DNA of 53,161 nucleotides from Myxococcota bacterium (GTDB lineage Bacteria; Myxococcota; XYA12-FULL-58-9; JABJBS01), in contig JAYZAY010000009.1 in the NCBI GenBank assembly GCA_036339465.1, forward strand, positions 1 to 53,161. The letters are read 5' to 3'. Position 1 is the first letter of the stretch, and every line of letters begins with the position of its first letter. The position numbers were made by a program, and so were the translations under genes. Shown here in pieces: positions 1 to 9,649 of the stretch. The notes below the pieces were generated by a model. The model saw only the letters and a list, made by a program, of their open reading frames with translations, was not told the DNA's origin and did no database searches.

Positions 1-1
1 T

Positions 2-787
2 ATTTCTAACCCGCCCAATTCCTATGATTCCCTATTATTGGATGCCAAGGATTACCTTGTAAACCGAGTGTCCCGAACACCAGACGGCGGAATTAATCAT
101 CTAGGTAGCCTCGAAGAACTCGGGATCACCTTGTGGGTCGACTCACTTTTTATGTTTGGTAGTTACTTGACTCGGCTCAGCGACGCTCAGTCCAATAGCG
201 CCGAGCTACAGGAATTGGGCCAACAATTCACTATCTTTGCATCCCACCTCCAAACACCCAACGGACTCTTTCTCCACGCACACAATTGGGCCCTTGAAAC
301 GGATTCGAACATCTTTTGGCTACGGGGGAATGGCTGGGTGACCGCCATGGGTTACGAGTACCTAAGACTTAAAAGAAATTTCTTGGAAGAGGCAGACGAA
401 GTTTCGCAAATCCTCAAAAAGCAGGTCGATATGCTCGTGACACTCCAAGATCCCTCTAGTGGACTGTGGTGGACTCTACTCAACGTTCCCGAAGAAGGCT
501 ATGTTGAAATATCTGGTTCCGCGCTGATTTTATTCGGTATGGCCCGGGGCTACCGCTACGGCTTTCTAGGAGATGAGATCCTGCCCGTGTTAGAAAAGGG
601 CCGCGATGGGTTACTAAAATTCATCACACAAAAAAACGGTCTTTGGTCGGTTCATCAAGTGTCGGGTCCAACCAATGCCGGCACCCGAAAACAATATTTA
701 AATGTTCGAACAGATTCCGATATTCCCTACGGCGTTGGAGCTGCGTTGATGGCTCTGGTCGAAATATCGGGACTTCCTCTAAATTGA
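2..787 (+). CDS. Glycoside hydrolase family 105/88 (unsaturated glucuronyl/rhamnogalacturonyl hydrolase), 5'-truncated by the window edge
   Basis: Motifs LWVDSLFM, FWLRGNGW and YVEISGSAL resemble YteR/GH105; the frame is open from position 2. Confidence 0.8.
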   Translation: MSNPPNSYDSLLLDAKDYLVNRVSRTPDGGINHLGSLEELGITLWVDSLFMFGSYLTRLSDAQSNSAELQELGQQFTIFASHLQTPNGLFLHAHNWALETDSNIFWLRGNGWVTAMGYEYLRLKRNFLEEADEVSQILKKQVDMLVTLQDPSSGLWWTLLNVPEEGYVEISGSALILFGMARGYRYGFLGDEILPVLEKGRDGLLKFITQKNGLWSVHQVSGPTNAGTRKQYLNVRTDSDIPYGVGAALMALVEISGLPLN

Positions 788-791
788 GTCC

Positions 792-1787
792 TCAGGCAGC
801 CAAGGGTGATTGAGTCACTTCGCCCAAAGCTTTTAGCAGGGCATCGGTTCCAAGATCCAGACGCCCAATGTCGTTCAAACGGCGCCGCCACAATTTGCCT
901 CTAGGACAGCCCGCAAAGATCTGTAACATATGGCGCGTCACGTGGTGGGCCCTCCCACCCTTACCAATCCAGTCCTCAATATAAGGAATCATTCGCTCTA
1001 CCAACTCTCGTCGATTCTTAATGGGATCCACCGCACCTGGATAAAACCTCGAATCTGCTTGCGCAAACAAAAAGGGATTATCATACGCGGCTCTCCCCAG
1101 CATAACCGCATCTACCTCCCGTAAATGAACTTCGGCCTCATCCCAATTGCTTATGCCTCCATTGATTTCCACAAAGAGAGACGGGCACTCCTCCTTAAGC
1201 CGATAAACAAACTCATATTTAAGTGGGGGAATCGTGCGATTTTGCTTAGGGTTTAATCCCTTTAACCAGGCCTTGCGAGCATGAACAGAAAAACGGTCCG
1301 CGCCTGCGGCAGCCACCGTATCCACAAACTCTTTAAAGGCCCCATAGGATTCCATCTCATCAACACCAATACGATGCTTCACGGTTACGGGTATTTTAAT
1401 ACGAGTTTTCATGGCTTCCACCGCCTTCGCAACCTTCGCCGGCTGGGCCATCAGACAAGCACCGAAGCTACCATTTTGAACGCGTTCACTTGGACAACCC
1501 ACATTGAGATTGACCTCATCATACCCAAACCCCTCTGCAATATGAGCCGCTTCAGCCAAATCCGACGGATCATCCCCACCCAATTGAAGAGCAATGGGAC
1601 CCTCCACTGGATTAAAACCCAAAAGCCGGTCCTTGGGACCGTGAATCACTGCTCCAGTGGTAACCATCTCGGAATACAAAAAAGTCTTCTGAGAGAGTAA
1701 TCGAATCAAATAGCGAAAATGTCGGTCGGTCCGCTTCATCATGGGCGCAACACTAACACGATAATCATACTCGGCTTGCTGGCACAT
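792..1787 (-). CDS. dusA: tRNA-dihydrouridine(20/20a) synthase DusA
   Basis: SVAPMM, QLGGDDP, NLNVGCPS (catalytic Cys), VHARKAWLKGLNPKQNRTIPPL (DusA signature), INGGI, MLGRAAY. Confidence 0.93.
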   Translation of the reverse strand: MCQQAEYDYRVSVAPMMKRTDRHFRYLIRLLSQKTFLYSEMVTTGAVIHGPKDRLLGFNPVEGPIALQLGGDDPSDLAEAAHIAEGFGYDEVNLNVGCPSERVQNGSFGACLMAQPAKVAKAVEAMKTRIKIPVTVKHRIGVDEMESYGAFKEFVDTVAAAGADRFSVHARKAWLKGLNPKQNRTIPPLKYEFVYRLKEECPSLFVEINGGISNWDEAEVHLREVDAVMLGRAAYDNPFLFAQADSRFYPGAVDPIKNRRELVERMIPYIEDWIGKGGRAHHVTRHMLQIFAGCPRGKLWRRRLNDIGRLDLGTDALLKALGEVTQSPLAA

Positions 1788-2236
1788 CTATCCTGAATCC
1801 CCGTCTAATTGAGCCGCTGGCTTTCCTGAAATTCTTGAAATTCCTGGTTCATCCAGGAGGCCTTAACCCTAGAACTCTTTATAAAGCAACTCAAAAGTAG
1901 GCTACGAGAAGATCCCACCGAATTCGCTTGACCGTTTCCCCAAATGATTTCACAGCTTTTGAAACACCCAAGGACTTCGGGCTCAAACTCACGATCACCG
2001 AGAAACAACGAGTTAACCAGAACCTCCGAACATGGATGCAGTCGCAATTTCTACATGGAGCGTAAGGTACGTTACAGGCGGCAGCACAGGTGGGCTACAG
2101 CCGCAGTAGTAGCACACCATGAAGCTTATGAAGCCTTTTGGGCGAGTTATCCGCACATAGATTGGGCACCGAAGAACTTCTGACAACACCCTGCCAGTTC
2201 AAATTGCCACCGCACCATTGAGCCGCAGATAGGAGA

Positions 2237-3625
2237 GTGATAGCTTGGGCATATCGCTTGAAAAGGGTCGGCCTCATGAATGTTACTACTTTATTATTGG
2301 CGTCATTGCTCCTAAGCAGTCCCGATGACAACTTTTTCCTAAAAACCAAAGACCAAGCACCTCCATTCGCAATGCGCGACTTAGATGGACGCGTCATTTC
2401 CCTACGTAAACTCGTGGGACCTAACGCTGTGGAACCCAAAAAAACACTTCTCATCGCTTTTTTCGCAACCTGGTGCGAACCCTGTAAGCGGGAAATTCCA
2501 GTGTTACGAGAAATTCGAAATGTATGGAAAGACAAGGACGTAGAAGTTATTCACATAGGTCTTGGGCAAAAAGCATTCGAACTTTCACCCATGGCACTCG
2601 AATTTTCCATCGACTGGCCTGTTATACCGGACAGCTATGGTCTACTAGGAAGGCGCTACGGAGCCGAACAGCTCCCCCACCTTTTTATCATCGACACAAC
2701 GGGGCATGTGGCATTTCAACATAGAGGTATTGTTTCCAACTTATACGAAGTCCTCAACCAAGAGCTCTCGAAATCCACAGGCATTCCACTCGATTCAAGC
2801 GTAACGACGAGAAAGGTCGAACTTGGGGCAAAGGGTGCCGCTCCCACAGGTGCCAAAATGCAATTCGCCCGGGCACCTTCTAGCTCTTCGGCAGCGCAAC
2901 AATGGCAGCCCCTGGCTGATTTTGTTGGAGAATTTCTTCGCTCGGATGTCACCATGGTTCAAGAGAAATCCTATTCCAAATTCGAGGAAGGTATCCAAGA
3001 AGGAAAATACGCACTCTTCAATGCGGGGCCCTATCTTTGCCAAGATTCACTTGAAACGTACGAGCCCCTAGTCATGCTCGAACGAGAAGGAGCCCTCGAA
3101 TACAACGGAATCACCTTTGCTCTCAGGGAAAGTAAGCTCAAGAAGATTAAGGACCTCAAAGGAAAAGTCATTGGCCTTGTCTCCCCCACTTCAACCAGTG
3201 GCGGCCTATACCCTCAAGCACTTCTCTTGGATGCCGGGCTAAAACCCCATCGTGACGTCCGAATCAAATGGTTTGGGAGTCATGCAAAGGTCGCGCAAGC
3301 CGTCATGAAGCGATGGGTGCACGCGGGAGCATGTTTCGACGACTGCCGTAGGCTCCTGTACAAGAGTGCGAAAGAAAGAGCGAAACATACACGCATCTTG
3401 GGTTATACTTCGGAAATTCCAGCCGAAATGATCATGGTTAAGCGATCCCTACCCGAAAATGTAAAGACTAAGTTGAGAGAATCATTGTTAGCGGTACCCG
3501 CCCGAACTGGCTTATTGAAACAAATTTCCGGAGATGAACCTCAGGTTTCTAATATTGTAAGAGCGAACGAATCTGATTTGGCGTCTATCCGAAAGGTGAT
3601 CACCAGAGTCGCACGGAAGCACTAA
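2237..3625 (+). CDS. Fusion of a TlpA/redoxin (CxxC) domain and a PhnD-type phosphate/phosphonate-binding domain; start may be ATG at 2276
   Basis: Hydrophobic N-terminus; FFATWCEPC and LPHLFIID in the thioredoxin fold; C-terminal DLKGKVIGLVSPTSTSGGLYP and FGSHAKV typical of PhnD-like binding proteins. Confidence 0.8.
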   Translation: MIAWAYRLKRVGLMNVTTLLLASLLLSSPDDNFFLKTKDQAPPFAMRDLDGRVISLRKLVGPNAVEPKKTLLIAFFATWCEPCKREIPVLREIRNVWKDKDVEVIHIGLGQKAFELSPMALEFSIDWPVIPDSYGLLGRRYGAEQLPHLFIIDTTGHVAFQHRGIVSNLYEVLNQELSKSTGIPLDSSVTTRKVELGAKGAAPTGAKMQFARAPSSSSAAQQWQPLADFVGEFLRSDVTMVQEKSYSKFEEGIQEGKYALFNAGPYLCQDSLETYEPLVMLEREGALEYNGITFALRESKLKKIKDLKGKVIGLVSPTSTSGGLYPQALLLDAGLKPHRDVRIKWFGSHAKVAQAVMKRWVHAGACFDDCRRLLYKSAKERAKHTRILGYTSEIPAEMIMVKRSLPENVKTKLRESLLAVPARTGLLKQISGDEPQVSNIVRANESDLASIRKVITRVARKH

Positions 3626-3638
3626 GATTTCCCTCCCC

Positions 3639-4697
3639 TTGCTCTCACCCACCGGCACGGCTTATGAAACACCGTGGCATGGCTTCGATTCGGCTTATCT
3701 TTCGGCCCTCTCCAAAAGTCATCCAAACCTCTTTCTTCAACCCCTACGGCCCCATATTCCGCTCTACCAAACGAAAATCGCGGTCCATAGCGTGTTCCCA
3801 AGGGGATTACTGCGAAAACTTCTGCAAGCCATGGAGAATCTAGCGCCAAGACTACTTCGCCCGACCGTCGTTGGGGTCGGCACTCCCTTCGAACCCTATA
3901 ACCAGACCAAACTGGCAGTCGAATGCGCAGTCCTCGAACATCTCGAAGAGGAACTAAGAGTCACATGTGGGGACTCCAATATTGAACTCGCACTACTTAC
4001 CAACGTAACCCTTTCAGCCTCGGAAGCGGCATTCTGGAAAACGAGAGGTTGGTACAGCTTACCCAGCTTCCCGGACATGACACTCCCCCTGCCCTATGAT
4101 TCCTTCAAAGACTTCATCACCCATCGAAGCTCAAATATGCGGCGCACCATCCGTGGACACATTCGAAAATTTGAGCGTTCAGGTTATCGACTAGAATGGC
4201 AACGGGATTCAGAGCAGAATTGGAGAGATTACTTCAATGCTTATAACTTCGTGCGGAATCGTTCATTGGTCCCTTGGATAGCCCATTCTGAAGCGTATTT
4301 TCAAAAAATGCCATCCTTAACCCCGGTCGTGGAATTACTCATTGCCCTAGACACCCAAAAACGCCCGGTGGCTTTCATGAGCTACCTCAATGCAGAGGAT
4401 GTAGCCCACGCAGGTAGGTTTGGCATTCTCCCAAACCACCACCGAAAACACGCGATTTACTTTCGTCTCTTGTACGCATTGATCGAGCGTGCCATTAAAG
4501 AAAATAAACGTGAATTGAAGCTAGAACCCACAACCTACAGACTTAAAAGACGCCTTGGGGCGCACTATCAATTCACCCAAAATCTCTTGCTACCCGTAAG
4601 CACGGTCTGGAAACAAACACTCCCATTGGCGCCGTCCCTGGGGCATTTCCTCTTGGAACATCTACAAAAACCCAATAAATTGGAGTCATCTTTCTAA
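3639..4697 (+). CDS. GNAT-family N-acetyltransferase (Acetyltransf_6/FemAB-like)
   Basis: LPLPYDSFKDFI...MRRTIR...IRKF; IYFRLLYALIERAI; YRLKRRLGA. Confidence 0.7.
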   Translation: MLSPTGTAYETPWHGFDSAYLSALSKSHPNLFLQPLRPHIPLYQTKIAVHSVFPRGLLRKLLQAMENLAPRLLRPTVVGVGTPFEPYNQTKLAVECAVLEHLEEELRVTCGDSNIELALLTNVTLSASEAAFWKTRGWYSLPSFPDMTLPLPYDSFKDFITHRSSNMRRTIRGHIRKFERSGYRLEWQRDSEQNWRDYFNAYNFVRNRSLVPWIAHSEAYFQKMPSLTPVVELLIALDTQKRPVAFMSYLNAEDVAHAGRFGILPNHHRKHAIYFRLLYALIERAIKENKRELKLEPTTYRLKRRLGAHYQFTQNLLLPVSTVWKQTLPLAPSLGHFLLEHLQKPNKLESSF

Positions 4698-4765
4698 ACT
4701 CGCCTATCTAGAACGTTGACGTTAGATTCCAGAGTGTGGTAACCCGTTACTTCTAGGAGGTGCGT

Positions 4766-5047
4766 ATGGCTCGAGTAACAGTGGAAGATTGCCTTAACCA
4801 AGTAGGAAATCGATTTGCGCTGATCATTTTGGCGGCAAACCGGTCGAGGCAGCTGCTCAAGGGCGCAAAACCTACCGTTGAGCAAACCAAAAACAAAGCC
4901 GCCGTCCTTTCTTTGAGAGAGATCGCAGCCGGCCATGTCTATCCCGATGCCGACCTTATCGACGTTCTCAGTGAGGATATTCAAAAACGAAGAGAAATGG
5001 TTGATGCGCTCTACAACGCCAATCATCCAAAAACCGAAGAAGAATAG
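4766..5047 (+). CDS. rpoZ: RNA polymerase omega subunit
   Basis: [26 protein letters not shown]...[20 protein letters not shown] at 4755-4760. Confidence 0.95.
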   Translation: MARVTVEDCLNQVGNRFALIILAANRSRQLLKGAKPTVEQTKNKAAVLSLREIAAGHVYPDADLIDVLSEDIQKRREMVDALYNANHPKTEEE

Positions 5048-5060
5048 GTCAGCCGGCCTT

Positions 5061-5717
5061 TTAACACTCTCGATATCGATACCGCAGTTTTTCACTAAGA
5101 GACAGGCGATAGAACATCCTTGCTTGGGCAGTTAGGAACGGGATAGCTTCGTTTGGGTATTGGGAAAGTTGAAAAGAATCAACAAATTCCTTGGCGCCAA
5201 GGGTGGCGGTTCGATAACGTCGTAACTGTTCTTCCCCAAAACCATGTCGCCATTCAAAGTTCTCGAAAAGGGCCTTTTGCATAATCCTTTTGGCTAGCTT
5301 GGGGCCGTAACCATTGTTGATCAAAAGACAACCCGCCCCCACAAACTTGTCTACTTCAGCTTGCAATTCGAGTTCCAATTGGCTGATTGGCCAATCTTGG
5401 TCTGCGCGCCACAGGATTAGGTTGAAATGGCTAACCCCTTCCAAGGCCACACAGTAAGCATCTACATTTGCATCGCTTAGTCCCTGCGAGGGGCAATGTT
5501 GCTGAAGTGTTTCCAAAATGGAATCATCTATGTAGACCGCCAAGTCCATCTCATCGGATGAAGGTTGCGACACAAAAATTTGTTCCGGCGTCCCCAGTAT
5601 CGCACCAGGCAGTGCCTCTCGGCTGGTCGAATCTATCAAGAAATCCTCGATATCATGACCGACGTTAATTGAATTCAACTCCTGTAATGCGTTTTGTAAC
5701 TCAGACAAAACACCCAT
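5061..5717 (-). CDS. Conserved hypothetical protein with possible metal-binding EGVSHF...ELQAEVDKF motif
   Basis: 218-aa ORF starting 3 nt after the upstream gene's stop; the motif resembles an uncharacterised family I recall from myxobacteria and other proteobacteria. Confidence 0.65.
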   Translation of the reverse strand: MGVLSELQNALQELNSINVGHDIEDFLIDSTSREALPGAILGTPEQIFVSQPSSDEMDLAVYIDDSILETLQQHCPSQGLSDANVDAYCVALEGVSHFNLILWRADQDWPISQLELELQAEVDKFVGAGCLLINNGYGPKLAKRIMQKALFENFEWRHGFGEEQLRRYRTATLGAKEFVDSFQLSQYPNEAIPFLTAQARMFYRLSLSEKLRYRYREC

Positions 5718-5720
5718 GGG

Positions 5721-6335
5721 TCATTGCACCGCATCGTCAGGTAATCCAAACGATGTGAGGAGTCCTTGTTCCAACAATTCCTTATGAAGCTTTGGACAAC
5801 CCGTATCCATCCATCTGGCGTATAATTTCAATAACCCCTCATCACCGGTCGAACGCCTCAAGGTATCCGAAACGTAATTCAGAATCCCGACCAAATCACC
5901 AAAAGTCCTTGCCAACTCTCCATATAGATAGCCAACTTTTGAACCCGAACGCTTTGTTTTCACAACGGTTCGTAAGCTACTGTAAGCCTGCCCCCCCATG
6001 GCAATATAATACTCCGTATCAACCAACGAGTTACACACATACTCCTCAAAAAAGCCCGCTAAATAGAGAGATTGGTCTCCCAGATCTTTTAAGAGAGACA
6101 TTTGCTCCAAAGTCGTAGCTTCAAGAGCCCGTTTGTACATAAATGCCAAGGGCTCATCTGAATGCAAAGGCTCCACTTGCCGTGAAGAATATTCGCAGAG
6201 CAAATTTACGAGGTAGTATTCGATGGTCTCGGGTATTGAGACCCCGATCTTAGAACTGGCATCGGAAACCTCCTCCTTAAAGAAGCTTTCAAGATCACCA
6301 CTTAGAATCAACGGCTTGGGCTCAGAAGAATCCAC
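5721..6335 (-). CDS. Conserved hypothetical alpha-helical protein
   Basis: YYLVNLL, LKDLGDQSLYLAGFF, YYIAMGGQAY; GTG start at 6335 preceded by SD AGGAGG (ORF track starts at 6359). Confidence 0.7.
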   Translation of the reverse strand: MDSSEPKPLILSGDLESFFKEEVSDASSKIGVSIPETIEYYLVNLLCEYSSRQVEPLHSDEPLAFMYKRALEATTLEQMSLLKDLGDQSLYLAGFFEEYVCNSLVDTEYYIAMGGQAYSSLRTVVKTKRSGSKVGYLYGELARTFGDLVGILNYVSDTLRRSTGDEGLLKLYARWMDTGCPKLHKELLEQGLLTSFGLPDDAVQ

Positions 6336-6412
6336 TGCACCTCCTATGGCACTCCACATAGAGTTCTTAGTTCAAGATCGATCTCGGTTACCTTACTGAC
6401 TCACTACTTTTA

Positions 6413-6439
6413 TTGTACACCATCGACCGTGGTGTACAA
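6413..6439. promoter_or_regulatory. Perfect 10-bp inverted repeat; candidate operator overlapping a promoter
   Basis: TTGTACACCA-N7-TGGTGTACAA; the minus strand reads TTGTAC-N16-TACAAT upstream of the 6335 gene. Confidence 0.45.
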
Positions 6440-6452
6440 ATCTTTCGGTAAA

Positions 6453-6947
6453 TTAGAAATGGTCATATCCCAAAGAAAGTGCCACACCTGGGCGAAAATC
6501 TCCCTCAAGAGTCTGGGAATGTAAGTGAATTCCATACCAAAAAGCAATGTTTTGATAGTACCTTACACCAACGCTCAGATACGCCCCAAACTTCGCGCTG
6601 CTATCGGGTTCATCAGGCAACCAAAGCACACTCATCCCGCCACGAACCTCAGGAACCCAAGTAAGTGCGTCCCAGAAAAACGAAGCCCCCATTTCGCCCT
6701 GCACAACCGTGGCGGTGTCGCGTCCTCCGTAAAACCCCATTTCCAGAGATGACCATTCCGCGACACCCAATTTCAGGCCTGCTCCACCGTGGAATGTGCG
6801 GGATGGTAAATAGCGCCCCTCACCCCAGACTGACCAATCCCCTACTGCACCTTGAACTACAAGAGGTAGGAGTAACACTAGGAGAAAAGCCGAAAAAGTC
6901 CTGATATATTCACGATATAGATACCGACGAGCGCGGAGAAGATTCAC
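6453..6947 (-). CDS. Hypothetical exported protein, possible small outer-membrane beta-barrel
   Basis: Signal-like hydrophobic stretch, alternating Gly/aromatic strands, C-terminal LSLGYDHF. Confidence 0.55.
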   Translation of the reverse strand: MNLLRARRYLYREYIRTFSAFLLVLLLPLVVQGAVGDWSVWGEGRYLPSRTFHGGAGLKLGVAEWSSLEMGFYGGRDTATVVQGEMGASFFWDALTWVPEVRGGMSVLWLPDEPDSSAKFGAYLSVGVRYYQNIAFWYGIHLHSQTLEGDFRPGVALSLGYDHF

Positions 6948-7636
6948 GAAGCAACTCTGAGTTCAGCCCCGTCTTGATCGGTCATTTTCTCAAAAGCCGA
7001 TCTTAGCTCCTGAACCAAAGAGTTAATAGAAACTCTGGTACTCGATGAAACCGGAAATGGATCACCCAACAAGGCCTCCAGCCTTTCAGCCATCATGAGC
7101 GCCTTTCTTACGTCGGCAGGCTTGATATCCCCATCCCCAGGCAAGGTTGCTGCGGCTTTACGGAACGCATCGGGGTCCAATTCTCTTATCTTACGAACGA
7201 CACCACTTCGAGTAGCTTTCAGGTCGCCATCAAATACCTGTTGGTGAATTCCTTGAATCTCTCGGTCGGAGAGTTTCGTGGAATCGCCTGCTCTCGACAA
7301 CAAATCCACCACCTCTAGGGGAGGAAGATCCTTATCTTCACGCTCATCAATCACCTTTGGTTCATGCTCCCGAAGATAACTAAAACTACGGGTCAGCTTC
7401 TGCGCCGTATCTTGCCGAAGCCTTAGTTCCCGACGGGCGTAAGCTTCAAAAGACGAATAGCCCCATTTTTCGAAAATCCTTCGCTCCCTCACTTCAGTGA
7501 GAAGCTCTCCGAATTCAATCCATGAAGCTTTGAAATTCCGGGCTGCAAGGAGCACCCTAAAGCGTTCCGAAGATGGATCGAGGTCCCCTAATTGAGCCTC
7601 AATCTCTACTTCGGCCGCAGACTTACGTCTGACCAT
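6944..7636 (-). CDS. Hypothetical protein with DUF3102-like helix-turn-helix N-terminus
   Basis: WIEFGELLTEVRE...WGYSSFEAYARRELRLRQDTAQKL; overlaps the next gene by 4 nt. Confidence 0.6.
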   Translation of the reverse strand: MVRRKSAAEVEIEAQLGDLDPSSERFRVLLAARNFKASWIEFGELLTEVRERRIFEKWGYSSFEAYARRELRLRQDTAQKLTRSFSYLREHEPKVIDEREDKDLPPLEVVDLLSRAGDSTKLSDREIQGIHQQVFDGDLKATRSGVVRKIRELDPDAFRKAAATLPGDGDIKPADVRKALMMAERLEALLGDPFPVSSSTRVSINSLVQELRSAFEKMTDQDGAELRVAS

Positions 7637-7654
7637 TTTTCCCTCTTTTTCGAC

Positions 7655-9649
7655 TTACTCTGCCATAGAAACAGAAAGGAGCTTCTTCCCTATTTGAGCG
7701 CCATCGACACGCTCAATCAACAGCTCGGCCACTTCTGGAGTTGTCTTTAACACAGCAAAGTGGCGTTTCGCCTCTATCTCAGAAACGATACCATCGTTAA
7801 GACCCGCCAATGACGTGATTTTCTTCGCAACAGCGCCTCTTCCTTTAAAGCCATCTTCAAACCCAATATTTACTCTCAGATGACGATAGCCCTCTTCGGG
7901 GGTAATACTTGAGCGATCCTGAGACTCGCTCGCATCCCCACTCCCTCCTGAATCCCGCGCGCTGTCTCCGTTGTGGTCTCGACGCGAACCTCGATCGTTA
8001 CGGTCATTACGGTCATTACGATCATTACGATCATTACGCTCATTACGCTCATTACGGTCATTACGATCGTTACGTTGCCGAGGATTTTTCCGGCCGCGTT
8101 TGTTGCGGTTCCGACCCCGACTGTTGTCGTCGCGCTCTTCGGACTCTTCGCCAGAACGACTTCTAGAACGAGTTTCCTGCTTGGTCGGAGAACTCTGAGA
8201 CGGTTGAAGCCCTGAAAAATAAAGCTTCAGCAAGTACCCTACCGCCATTCGTCCCTGCTCGGACTTCAAAAGAACATCCGCTGTCGCTGTGTGGTGAGCA
8301 AGCTCCGCAACTTCGGCTTTTTCTAGGAGATCAACAATCACACGTTGGCCACGACTCTCGAAAACTTCCTCTTCGCTTGGAAGCTTCAATTCCTCAAACT
8401 CGATGTCAAACTGCTTTTCCAGCAGAGAATATGTCCCGAGTCCCTTGCCATCAACCAAGCTAATGGCAGTGCCCTCACGTCCGGCACGTCCCGTTCTACC
8501 AACCCGATGAAGATAGACTTCAGCAAATTCAGGTAAAGAATAGTTGATAACGTGTGACAAATGGTCGATGTCGATCCCCCGCGCTGCGACGTCGGTCGCG
8601 ACCATGTATTTAAGCTCGCCACTCTTGATTCTAGACATCACGCGCTCACGCTCGCGCTGGCGAAAACTTCCCATGATAGGTTCGGCAACAAAGCCATTCT
8701 GGCAAAGATACTTAGCAACCAGCTCCGTCTCACTTCGCGTGTTACAAAAAATAATCGCACTGTTGGGCGCTTGACTCTCCAAAATATAAAGTAGCTGACG
8801 CGTCTTGGGCACGTCATCCTGAATAGGACAGATGCAATTCCTAATTCCTGAGACAGAAAGCGAATCCTTTGAGAGGTCGAGTCGTTCCGGTTCTTTCAAA
8901 TACTCGCTCGCTGCCTTCGCAACGGCATAAGGCAACGTTGCTGAAAACAGCATGGTTTGGCGAGCCTCTGGGCATTGCTCTAGGATAGACGTCACATCAT
9001 CCCAAAACCCCATTGATAGCATCTCATCCGCTTCGTCCAAGACCACCATTTCGATGGCATCCAATTTCAAATTCTTGCGTCGGTGATGGTCCAAAAACCG
9101 CCCTGGCGTCGCAACTAAAATATCAACCCCAGACCTCAATGCTCCAATTTGCCGCGAAAGAGGCACTCCCCCATAAACAGCGAAGACACGAAGATTCAAA
9201 CCTTGAGCAACCTTCTTGAATTCGGTCGCAACCTGATGCGCTAATTCGCGGGTTGGGCACAACACCAACACTTTGGGCTGTTGTGGTTCCGATGGGTTGT
9301 CCTGAAATTTTTCCATTAGCGGCAAACCAAAAGCCAGCGTTTTACCACTTCCTGTCTGCGACTGAACAATCAGATCCTTGCCTGCTAATGCAGGGGCGAT
9401 CACCGCAGCCTGAACCTCGGTTGCATTCACAAATCCTGCTGTTTTCAATGCTTCCTTGATCTGGTCATTTAATTCGAAGTCCTCAAAAGATTTTTCAGTC
9501 AACGTTAAGACTGCTTCTACTGCGACCTCTGGCTCTGGAGCCACTTCAGTGGCCTCTGCCGATTTCGCTCCTTCTTCATCTTTCATTTCACTTATTCCTG
9601 CTGAAATATCCGAGGTCGACACCTCAGATGAATCCTGTAATTCTGTCAT
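7655..9649 (-). CDS. DEAD-box RNA helicase with C-terminal DbpA RNA-binding domain
   Basis: QTGSGKT, PTRELA, TPGR, DEAD, SAT, ARGID, HRVGRTGRAG; C-terminal LRVNIGFEDG. Confidence 0.92.
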   Translation of the reverse strand: MTELQDSSEVSTSDISAGISEMKDEEGAKSAEATEVAPEPEVAVEAVLTLTEKSFEDFELNDQIKEALKTAGFVNATEVQAAVIAPALAGKDLIVQSQTGSGKTLAFGLPLMEKFQDNPSEPQQPKVLVLCPTRELAHQVATEFKKVAQGLNLRVFAVYGGVPLSRQIGALRSGVDILVATPGRFLDHHRRKNLKLDAIEMVVLDEADEMLSMGFWDDVTSILEQCPEARQTMLFSATLPYAVAKAASEYLKEPERLDLSKDSLSVSGIRNCICPIQDDVPKTRQLLYILESQAPNSAIIFCNTRSETELVAKYLCQNGFVAEPIMGSFRQRERERVMSRIKSGELKYMVATDVAARGIDIDHLSHVINYSLPEFAEVYLHRVGRTGRAGREGTAISLVDGKGLGTYSLLEKQFDIEFEELKLPSEEEVFESRGQRVIVDLLEKAEVAELAHHTATADVLLKSEQGRMAVGYLLKLYFSGLQPSQSSPTKQETRSRSRSGEESEERDDNSRGRNRNKRGRKNPRQRNDRNDRNERNERNDRNDRNDRNDRNDRGSRRDHNGDSARDSGGSGDASESQDRSSITPEEGYRHLRVNIGFEDGFKGRGAVAKKITSLAGLNDGIVSEIEAKRHFAVLKTTPEVAELLIERVDGAQIGKKLLSVSMAE
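7992..8074. repeat. 9-bp coding tandem repeat (about 9 units) encoding (RND/RNE)n in the helicase linker
   Basis: cggtcatta/cgatcatta/cgctcatta units seen directly. Confidence 0.9.

Noticed and set aside
6347..6372. CIRCE (HrcA) or sigma54 site at TGGCACTC...GAGTTCT
   Set aside because: The spacer is 6 nt rather than 9, the right arm is poor, and there is no -12 TTGC.
7876..8215. Repetitive ORFs (SLRSLR, HYDHY, ITVIT, MTVM)
   Set aside because: Alternative-frame and antisense readings of the 9-bp repeat in the helicase.
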